From Camelus ferus (taxonomy: Eukaryota), in the NCBI RefSeq assembly GCF_009834535.1, contig NC_045698.1:15440001-15504000 (forward strand): a DNA stretch of 64,000 bases, written 5' to 3'. The translations under genes were made by a program, and so were the position numbers. Below, piece by piece: positions 38,501 to 49,242 of the stretch. The notes beneath the pieces were generated by a model. The model did no database searches and had not been told where the DNA came from. It saw only the letters and a list, made by a program, of their open reading frames with translations. How positions within the stretch are numbered: the first letter of the stretch is position 1; the number at the start of each line of letters is the position of its first letter.

Positions 38501-39799
38501 ATCTTTTTTGGACACTGAGGGTTAGTGTACATAAAACAAACATATACAGAGCACTGAATTTTCTGTTCTTTACATAACAGATGTACATTTTAGTAAGGTG
38601 GAAGGCACTCACATTCATGAAGACAAGCATGTCTCAATAAAACATTGTAATAAAGTCTACAGAATGTGGTACAAGTGAGAGAAACGATGCATTAGTCGTG
38701 TCAGATTGTTTAGGTTCTGTCGTTTTATTTCCAATGACTTGACATTTTATCATTTCTAGAAACTAAACAGCAATAAAGCTGGGGTCATTCAGATTAACTC
38801 AGAACTGAAGTAATCTTCAGCTGTGCCAAAGCTGGATGGCTTATGATGAACTATGTAGTTACGCTGCCAGCATCTTCTGGGTGTCCTACTTCTGATGCAT
38901 GTGAAACATCTTAATGGTACTACCTGTACAACACAGATTAAGTTATAAAACAGGTGACAAAAAGTGGTTCACAGAGTCACTAAGAATATATACTTACATA
39001 TTTATCAAATATGCATGCTATGCTTAATAAAAATAATCATGTTCCCACGAAAAAGGAGAAAACCGTGTGTAGTGAACTAAGGTAGAATTATAGTGATCAA
39101 AGTCTGTAATTGCTTGCAGAAAATGTCTCCTGTTAATTCCAAATGTAAAAGTATCTGTTACTCAGTTATAGGCTAAGTGGTCATCCTTTCAGTAACTAAT
39201 GCTATTTTAAAAATTATACTTTGATTATTAGAACTCACACAGTGTGTGCATGCACATTTGTTAATACCTAAGGACAAAGGATACATACTTTCCTTCCTTT
39301 TTGTTTGAAGAAATTTCCAAGTGTTGATGAAAACACAAAAGAGATATATTTACTTAACAAAATACAAATTAGAATATTACAATTTAATCAGAGATATAGA
39401 TTATAGGACCCACATAAATATGTTAAATGAATGAATGAATTACATAATACTGCAACAACATCCAGCAATAAGAATAGCAAAATAAAAAGATGGAATTCTC
39501 TTTTGAAATGCGTTTTATTTTATGCTTATAGTAATAACTAATCTAAAGTTACTCAAAAAAAATTTATAAGAAGTGTCCAACTGCACATAAAACTTATCTG
39601 TACAGAGCAAGTAACTAATTTGGAGGTAATTAGTATTTAAAAATGCTGGAGTACTAGAAATATTAGAAGCTTCAGTAGAAACTATTTCAAATTGATAGGA
39701 ATGATAAACATTTTTAAGAACTTCAAAACATATATTTGAGACACCTAATTAGATGCATATTTGAAATATCACATTTACATTTCAACTTTAGAAAGTAGA

Positions 39800-40235
39800 G
39801 AGAGGGTTCAAGATAGCAAAGTAGGAAGAACTTGAGATCGCCTCCTCTCATGCACACACAAGAATTACAACACTTACAGAGCAACTATTTTTAAGAACAA
39901 CCTAAGGTCTTACAGAAGAGATGTTCCACAACAAAAGACATAAAGAAGGAGACACAGTGAAATGGTAGGAAGGGAGGAGATCCACACCCCAAGGTTGATG
40001 ACTGACAAACGGGAGGGAAGTCAGAACCACAGAGCTTGAAAATGGAAACACAACATTCAGAAAGCTATGTACACAGAAAAAGTGGTTCTAAGTGGGAAGA
40101 TTATGATAATATGGGCATACCTCAAGAAACAAGAAAAAATCTCAAAGAAACAATCTAACGTTACACCTAAAGGAACTAGGAGGAGAAGAACAAGCAAAAC
40201 TTAAAGGCAGCGGAAGGAAGGAAATAGCACAGATC
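39800..40235 (+). mobile_element. L1 5'UTR fragment joined directly to an L1 ORF2 fragment
   Basis: ttcaagatagcaaagtaggaagaacttgag... (5'UTR-like) runs at about 40035 into gaaaatggaaacacaacattc...cctcaagaaacaagaaaaaatctcaaa...ctaaaggaactag (ORF2, after the endonuclease domain). Confidence 0.7.
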
Positions 40236-40382
40236 TGTGCAACCTGCTGTCATCTCCAGGTGGATGGTGGCAGAGTTGAGTTGAATTGTAGGACACTCTG
40301 CTGGTGTTCTGAGAAGTGCTTGATGGTGTGAGGAAATGCCTCCTCCCTCACCCCCTCCACACTGGAATTGGGTCCAGTAACA
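40236..40382 (+). mobile_element. MER21-like LTR 3' fragment
   Basis: gagttgaattgtaggacactctgctggtgttctgagaagtgcttgatggtgtgaggaaa ... gtaaca. Confidence 0.55.
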
Positions 40383-41219
40383 TAAATTAGGGAGGTAGAC
40401 ATTAATTAAACAGTCACACAAAGTAAAATCACAAAGTAATATCAGTGTTCTAAAGGAGAGTCACACAATTCTATTCACTTCTGAATCAACTAGGTGATGT
40501 TGACCCTGTGAGGTCAGCTAGAAGACATTCTGAACAAAAGTAACCACGTGACAAAGTTGATATGATTGTAATCAAAAGCCTTTTCATAGTGTTTGTTCAA
40601 TTACTCCCACTATGACTTACCCTACTTTAATATCAGATACTGATGTATGTAAATATGTATTTATATATGAAGTAAATATCAACATTATTATCAAGTTTAA
40701 ACTACTTTAGTGTTAAGGAATATCAGTGTATTTGATCTTTGTACATCCAGCAATCCATTATCATTCCCCCTGTCTTCTTTCCTCATCCAGCTGAAACAAA
40801 TGGTTTATCATTTCAGTATCATTTAAACCTCTGACCTATGTCATCTTGCCCGTGTCCTTCTGGTACCACAATCTGGCAAAACTCAACCCCTGATAATGGT
40901 AATTATCCTTCATCTCAAAAAGGAGGTGTGGTAGGCTGAGAAAACTACAGAGAGGCAGCTAGATATCACAATACATTTTGATCACTCGCCTCAAATGCAC
41001 TTTCAAACTTGACTGCAAAGCCTACAAATTAGCAAAAGTAACTTATGACCAATCTCTGTGACTTTTATTTTAAACTGGTCTACTCTCCACAAACCTGTGC
41101 TTTTCTGTTTACCATTTCCTTTCTCAGTGGGTGACCTTCCCTCATATTTCACAGAAAAATAAAATCATACCACATAGGAGAGAGCTCAGCTTCCTGAACC
41201 TTCAGACAGTCCCACTTTG

Positions 41220-42250
41220 TGTCACCTTTAGTCTAAAAAAGCACAACATGCAAGATGTAATTAAAACCTGTTTTTTTTTTTCTTTGTGTCCCATTGTTCC
41301 TTTAGACTCTCTTCACTGAAAGTAAGCTTTGCCTTATCTGCTCACCTTTAAATAATAGATAGCCCTCTGTCGACTTTAATTACCAACCTCTAGATTTGGA
41401 AATCAGAAATTTCCAATATATCGTATTAGTGTTTTGATCCTTATGCAAAATTAAGACTCCCCTGTCTGCCACTCCACCTATAAGCCAAACTGGATGGGCA
41501 CATATGGGGCTTCAGTTTGGTCATAGATGGCTTGACAGGTTTACCCTCTTCTCATCACTCACCTGCCTGGGGCATTTTCATCTCCATACAGGAACAGCAA
41601 AGCTAGGGGAGAGGGCTCTTATTACTTGTATGGAACGCTTTCCCCTCTGGGATGGACTGTCTCCAGAGGCACTTTGGGGAGGTTCCTGGAAGATTCTCCT
41701 AACTACAGATCCCATGGCAAAGGCATTTCCTCGTCTTTGATGCAACATTCCCCTTAGCCTCCTGATCTCCAAATGACCCATTCCACGCTCAGATTCTACC
41801 TTTGAGGAAAAAATCTCTCCGGCAGGACATAAGATGACTCTGGACTGGTTCGCCCTTTTGCTTACACGTTTCAAACTCCTCCTTTTGTTGTCATAATTAC
41901 TTTTTTGAACAAAGCCTTGCTTCTGAGAGTCTTTGCTTTTCCAGGACAGGTTAACATTCTTAAGATTGAGGCAGGCATCAGTCCTCGAATTTCTCCCATT
42001 TCTGGGAAAATATATTGGACTTTACAATTGGTCCTTGTTGAAGGGAAGGCCCCCCTCATAAGACCTGAGAAGAGAGGGAAAGTCACCCTCACCTCTTACT
42101 TTTATTAGATAATGACTCAGCATGGCTTTTTCCAAAGAAATCTTCCACACAAAAGTTCCTTCCCTCCCCACTCTACACAAAGTGTTTTAAAAAGATATAA
42201 AGAGCTTAGTTGTGACTGAGGGCTGCAAGGGTCTTAAGTGCATCCTGTCA
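41220..42250 (-). mobile_element. Probable ancient LTR of about 1 kb, family unresolved, nested in L2
   Basis: GC-richer block with TG...CA ends that interrupts L2-like sequence on both sides. No clear TSD. Confidence 0.35.
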
Positions 42251-43733
42251 TTTCAATTGTAAATTCTGAATTTTATCCTTGACTATGCTGTATCCATTTC
42301 ATCTTCGCTTCCAGTGGAAACGTCAATATTAACATTTTGTTGTCTGTGAACCTTGTTCCCTCTCCTCTTCATCTGCAATAGGGATGCCTCTCTTCTCTGT
42401 TTTCTTTTATTAAACTCCAGCAATTTGTAAACAGAGTGCAGAGTCTATCTTCTCTGCAACTGAGACATTCCCGAGAAGGCACAAATGGCTCAAATTTGAT
42501 TACATTACAAAAGTTTCCCTTGTTCTCGAATTTGATTGCAGCTACCCACCTAATTTCATTTTTCTTTCCAAAAGAACTTCTCAAAGATAGTTTCTATTAC
42601 CCATTTCTAACTATCACTTCGCAAGCAATTTTAACTTGATTTCTGAACCCACCCATTTATGAGGAAGAGTTTCCCCTGAGATTTCCATGACATCCATGTC
42701 CCTAAGTCCAACGATAACTTCTCAGCAGCATTCCACATTCTTGGTTATGCCATCTCTCCTCACGCACAGTCCTCCTTCACATCTGTGGCACTCTACACTT
42801 CTGCTTTCCCCCCGTCTCACATCTTATTCCTTCTTAGCTTCCTTTGCTGGTGCACCTCAAAGAGAATCCAGATAAGTGATTCTCAAATTTGGCTGCAAAT
42901 TGGCATGGTTTGCAAAATTAAAAAAATATATAAATAAATAGGCTGCTCAAGATATTCTGATCGAATTGTTCTGCGCTTCGATCTGAAGAGCAGGACTGAT
43001 TAAACTCCCTCCCGTTCTGCTCTGTGACTATGGCCGAGAACCGTTGTCTCGCGTGTCTTTTACCCAGGCTTTCCTCTTCCTGGCTAATTTCATTTGTCCC
43101 TTTTACTTTGCTTACTATCTTTATGCTAAACATCCTTTAGTTTTTTACTCCAGCCTAGACATATATTTTGAGTTCCATATGTAGCAAATCACTATCTGAT
43201 TCCAAAATTTCACTTCAGTCTTCAAAGCATCTCAGCCTTGACATATTCATAGACTTGCCAAGCCCCCAGAAGACCTCTCGTAAAAGTCACTGTCTCAGCA
43301 AGCAGTATTACCATCTCCCCAATTCCACAGACTAGGATCCTCTTGTCCATAACAAATTCATGAACATTGCTGATATTTTTACCTCCTAAAATCACCCAAA
43401 TCTATCCACATATTGCCATTTTTAACCCCTAGCACCACTATTCCAGATTAAATAGCTCACACTTTTTGTTTCTATCACTGCCCTTTGTCTAACTGGCTTT
43501 CCTATGCCTACTCTCCCTCCCCTCGCCCTACCTGCAATCTCTTTTTTGTATTACATTGCAAGGATAGAAGGAGTCCTGCGGATTGCTCTCAGGTAGAAAT
43601 TCTAGTCCTTTCATCATGGAGAAGACTGTTGGAAGGAAATGTATGAACTTTCAGAAAATCTATGAGCATCAGTATGAAGGAAAGAAAGAACTTTTAAAAT
43701 ATATATTACACTTTAAGTAGAATAGACACTTAA

Positions 43734-43735
<2 letters not shown>

Positions 43736-43775
<40 letters not shown>
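43736..43775. repeat. (AAT)n microsatellite, about 13 units
   Basis: Run of aat repeats directly adjacent to a MIR. Confidence 0.95.
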
Positions 43776-43905
43776 TAATGTTAATAGCAATCATTTATAT
43801 AGTGCTTTCCATTTTTCAGGTACTTTTCTTAGCATTTATCCATTATTAAGTTATTTAAAATCACATTAAATCTATGAGATAGATACTATTATTATAATTC
43901 CCAGT

Positions 43906-44110
43906 CAGTGATGTCCTAGTAAATATTTAACAACCATATTAGAGTAGGGAAAACTGATACAAGCCCTGACTTTTTAATGTTTGTCAATTTCTGTGGTGTA
44001 AGTACTCCCACTATGGTTGATGTCAAGCCAACATGACATCACTGAACACAGAGTTGGGAGGAGATGTGCATAAAGAGCTATGAGGTAGAGCCAGCTCCAG
44101 CATATCACTC
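43906..44110 (-). mobile_element. MER63A-like hAT-Blackjack MITE inserted in a MIR
   Basis: Termini cagtgatgtcctagtaaatatttaacaacc ... gagccagctccagcatatcact; internal tgtaagtactcccactatgg and gacatcactgaacacagagttgggag. MIR-like sequence on both sides. Confidence 0.8.
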
Positions 44111-46481
44111 TACTGGTCTACAGGTGAGAAAACTGGGGTGCATACACGTAGTCACTTACAGGCAATGAGATGAGCCAATCAAGTGGCATCTCTGATCTTC
44201 ACTACAGTCCCTCATTTGGTTTGCCTATTTCACTTGGTTTTTACTGCCTTAGCATCAGTCCGATGGGAACAGTAATGAGTTATCAAATAAGCCCTTTCAA
44301 AATGCAAATAATTCAATTTCTTAATTTCAGCTACACCGATGAATGCAAATTCCAATTAAGGGTGGAATTGGTGAGTTGGATAGTTTTGGGCTAAGTTTCT
44401 TTTTCAGTGCTTATAGAGCAAAAATCAATGAAGATATAGAGAAAAGAGCATTAAGAGATACAAGAGGGTACCAGGAAAGGGATGTGGCTCTAAAGATAGA
44501 ATGGCTTCTGCTTCTGCACCCAAAAAAGGAAGGAAAATTTATTACATCTCTTTCTGTCCTTCCAATTCTCCCTTTCTTATTACATAGCTCCCAGCTTTCA
44601 GGTACAATTTTTTTTTAAGTTTAATACAAAGTTTTACTAGTTTGTAGATTCAATAAACGTGTATCTGTATTTCAATGAAAAACTAATTACTCTTTATAAC
44701 ATTATTTTTTCAAGAAGCTGCATTAGAAATTTCAACCAAATGAACCATGAAACAAAACCCATTTATATTACTTGATGGTTGCCAGAATAAAAAGTGTTCC
44801 TAGTTCTCAAAAGTATGTATTTTTAATATGTGCAATTTATATAACCACTATTCCCATTACCTAATAGTAAACATGATGGAAATCTTGGCAAGAGGGCACA
44901 GCATTTCAAGTGCATCAATAACTTTCCATTGCACATTCATTTTATGGAGTACATTTAATATTCCCTTAAAACCCCCGTTAAATATGTAAACCTTTCTTTT
45001 GCCCTTGTCTGTGTAATTTCTGATCCACCTAACAAAATACAGTAGTTGGATAATTCTCATCGATGTTGCCCAATTTCACAAAAATAGGTCATGCCAGAGG
45101 TTTTATTAAAAATCATAAATATATTTAACACCTTGAAAATGTTTGAAATTCAAATCTGCCTGGGAATATTTATTTAACCAAAGGCTTGATTTCTTACAGA
45201 TTTTTTTGAATCATCATGAGACTAGTCTATAAAAGTGAAATTTGGTGATAGTCTCTTCCAATGTAATATTTTAGTTTCTTTTAATCAAAACTAAATTTTT
45301 TGATAACACCCAACTCTTTGATCTACACATTTTGTTTCTGAATATTCATCCTATATTAATGCATTATACATTTACACAATGGTTTAAATTTTCTGTAATT
45401 TCCTATATTTTATTAATTGAATATCCCATATCTCTTTTGTATTTTGTGGTTTATGCAACAAAATGTTTGCATAAAATGTTTCACTTGCCCATTACTCCTC
45501 ATTTCCTTTTGCGTAAATTCTATTCCTCACACTTTCAAGGACATCTTCAAGGTACTTTTTCATGAAATTTTTTCTTGTCTTTGCACTACCATTTTTTTTT
45601 AAAACAATTCTTTAAATAATACATTTTTTTGCAATGATCTAAAATATTTTGGCACACATTTGCTGTTCCACTGGCTAACTCTTAGAGATTTCAAAAATCA
45701 ATATTTATATTATTTCCTTCAACAGTCTCTCAGATGTACTCTATAATAGCTTGGGTACCCCTCTTACATATTTGTATACCACTGCCTGCATAAGACTGCC
45801 ATTTATTTTACTTCAAGTAGTAAAATTGTCCATTAACTTAATCTCCCCATTATGCACAGAGCTGATTGAAGGAAAAGATTCATTTTTTTTTATTCCCTTT
45901 ATACAGTGCAAAAAATTGATATAGCCATCTTTGCATTTAATCTTCAATAAAACTAACAATCAATGAGACATTATTCATTAAATGATCTAAATTATTGTGT
46001 CTCCTATTTGTTAATAAAATAGATTTCTTATGTACAAAACATTTTGTTTCCATGGTTTTTAGTATTGTTTATATTCTGTTTAACTTTCATAAATACTTTA
46101 GAAGTGCAATTTCTATGCCAATATATAAAATTTGCTGATATTGCTAAGACCAATAAAAAGGCAAATATGAAATAGAGAAATTTAAACCATGTGAAATAAG
46201 TAAGAATTTAGGATGCCTTTACATCTATGATTAAAAATGTACACCATTGTCAGAAATCTGTACCAAAGTTTTGAGGTGGTGGGTTTAAAACTCTCCTTGT
46301 ACCTTTACTTATTCCCCTTCCTGGATTTTCTTATATTAAAAATTAAAGACTTACGTCTTTTTTAATCTGATTAATTTCATCCATGCCTCAGGATCCAGTT
46401 ATCATGTCTATGTTTATGTCTCTCAGAAATGTTTTTTTGACTCTGACATCTCTTTGAGGCTCCCTATGTTTTCAGCCATCT

Positions 46482-47049
46482 TGTTGCTGAAACACCAGCC
46501 TCTGAACTGTGATAGCCGAATTGAGACTTGGAGGCAGAGTTTTGGGAGAGTCAGAAAAGGGCAGCTTTAGTGCTTTGCCAGGCAAAGGGGAGTTACAGCA
46601 GGCTAGTGCCTTAGAGACTGTGAATCCATCTTGAGTTTGGTGTGCTGAGGTTTATAGAAAAACTGATGGAACAGAAAGGCAACAAAAATCAGAGTGGTTT
46701 CCAATCCATGCTGCATTCTTTTTAATCTTGATGAATCCACCTGGTGTCACGGAGAAACTCCAGAGGGTCTATTTACTCTTCTGAGGCTCTCAGCCCATGA
46801 CCAGCTTTCTGAAATACAGCTTCTGGGTTAAAGGGTAAGCTATTCTGGGTGAAGAATGTACAGGGAGAGGAGTGCATAATGGAAAGGTTGGGGGCTGTAT
46901 AACACAAAAGCAGTTGAATAAATGACGCAGAGATGGGGGTTGGTCAGAGAGAAGAGAAAAACAAGTTGCAAGAATTTTAAGTCAGAATGAATCAGCAAAC
47001 AGCTTTAGCGTCAGGGAAGCCATTTTGATAATTGGTTTCCTACCTTTCA
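46482..47049 (-). mobile_element. ERV1-like solo LTR (568 bp), same sense as CDH12
   Basis: TG...CA termini, TSD atct/gtct, R/U5 region clearly homologous to the LTR at 11692-12108. Confidence 0.85.
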
Positions 47050-47131
47050 GTCTTTTGCTAATCTCCAATCTAATGTCCACATATTGACAGAAAAAAAAAA
47101 TCTCTTACTTAAACAATTTCTTCACATGTTC

Positions 47132-47272
47132 TTTTTTTGATGCTTTTCTTTTTGGAAGAGGAGGTAATTAGGTTTATGTATTTAGTTAGTTTTAATGGAG
47201 CTAAAACTGGGGATTGAACCCAGGGCCTTGTGCATGCTAAGCATGCACTCTACCACTGAGCTACACCCTCAT
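47132..47272 (-). mobile_element. tRNA-Ala-derived SINE (Vic-1-like)
   Basis: ctggggattgaacccagggccttgtgcatgctaagcatgcactctaccactgagctacaccc is the reverse complement of a tRNA-Ala-like head; ggtaattaggttt body and T-tail. Confidence 0.88.
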
Positions 47273-49069
47273 CCTCTGCATGCTCTTTCTCTTACTTGTT
47301 TCTGAATCCAATAGATCACAAAGTCCTTTCCGTTCTGCTGGTGAGTATCTCTCAGCTCTGCCTGTGCTTACCTATTCCAAACACCTGCCCTGGCTTTGTG
47401 CCATATCTACTCTCTACTTCAGTGTTTACCAAGTTAACAAAGTTAATTTTCTAACATATTGATTTATGATATTGCCCCTCCACTCAAAAGCTCACATATA
47501 CATGCATAAATATATGTGTACATTTCAGGATTGTGGCACTCTGCAACTAACATCCTCTCTGTTAAATTCTCATTATATATTTCTTCTCAAATGCTATACC
47601 TTTCATAAATATTTCCTAATAATCTCAGGTCTAATAGCCATCTCCTATTTTTGCCAATAATTATTCTGATCAAAATTTTGGAATTTTATTTTGGCTGTAA
47701 TATATTAATACATATAGATATTTGTCTTACAGAGTGCACAGTTGGCTAAGAAAAGTAAAAATAGTATTATTTAATTCATATCTTTTAAGAATCAAGAACA
47801 AGTATCAATAAATACATATATTTGATTACATACAAGTCACAGAAAATTTTAACTATTAAAGTGATTTTCATAGACTGCAATGATAATAACATAAACTTAA
47901 GCATTTTAAGGAAACTGAGAAAATGATGTTAACAACCAGAGCATATATTCTTTACTCTGGGTAAAATTGTTTAAAATGGTATTATCATTAAAATTTCCAG
48001 CTAAAAAACGTCACTAGCCATCCAGCTCCATAAGGATTGAGCCATCATCAGCCTCTGGTGCTGAACTTCAACCCACCCTAAACAGATTTCCTTATGTGTT
48101 AACTGGTTTGTCTGTTTGAGAACTTATGAGTTTTATTAGATCATAGATAAAGTTTCACATTTGAACTGTGGATTACAACACCAAAATATTCAAGCCACCT
48201 CTCCAAGATAGTAATTTTTTTTGATGACACTTAATGTGAGCCATAAAGTATACACATAACCAAATATATTAAATATTATTGGACCCATGGTCTTTAGACT
48301 TTGTTATTATTGTTGATAACATAGGTAAGATTAGGGACAATATCTTTACTATCAGTTCTGTTTTAAACTTTATTTAATATGGTTCGGAAAAATAAGAGAT
48401 ATCTTAAAGACCTCTTGATGCTGTAGATCTTGAGTCAGTTCTGAGAGTCTGCTGATGGGGCAACAGAGCAACCAGGTTACAGTCTTTTGTTCTTTGTTAC
48501 ATGGGGAACAGGACCAAGTGTACCATCAAAGTGTCAGCACCATTTTAAACAGATTTATGCTCTCATTAGAAAAGCACAGTATGATATTAATAGTGACAAC
48601 ACTAACAATGAGAAATGATTCTAAAACTGTTATTTTTCATTTGCTTACATCTGCCTACATAGAGTCTAGTGAAACTCACTGTTCCTTTCTCATTGGAGAA
48701 TTGGGAGAGCAGAGTCTTTCACTGATCTTGCCTTCAAACTGTATTCAGTTTGATCTAGTTTGAATTCAGCCTTAAAGCGTCAGTAGCTGATATCCATAAC
48801 TCTTTGGAAGACTTCTAAGCAAGATGTAGAGCTGTCTATAAGTACTTCATTGGTTAAAAAACACAAAGCCTTCAAAACACTTGGATTAAAATGAATTCAT
48901 TTTAATATTCAGTCTCCACCTAGATAGGTGGAATTTTGTAGGAATAGAATTTTGCATGAATAAAAAAAAATTCTCATGAGATACAAAATAATTAACTCAT
49001 TACTTCTAGTTAATGAATAATGAAAAAAGCCTTTTCAGAGAATCAACACGTTCTGCTTCACCACAATAA

Positions 49070-49242
49070 ACCACTGTTTTTCAGATTGTGCCCTGCAGAT
49101 TACTTATATTAAAATAAACTGGAACACTTATTTAAAATTCAAATTTCCGGGTCCAAGTTATGTCAATTGAAACAGAACTTTCATTACCGAGGCATAGGGT
49201 CCCAAAGGAGTCCTAAGGCAAACACAGTTTGAGAACCACTGG
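49070..49242. mobile_element. MER5-like hAT fossil
   Basis: Ends in agtttgagaaccactg; internal aaattcaaatttccgggtcc. Confidence 0.55.

Noticed and set aside
41504..42108. Retroviral gag/pol remnant or processed pseudogene
   Set aside because: The supplied translations show no recognisable retroviral or cellular motifs.
47205..47272. Functional tRNA-Ala gene
   Set aside because: It continues into a SINE body and A-tail shared with other copies, and the acceptor stem is not intact.
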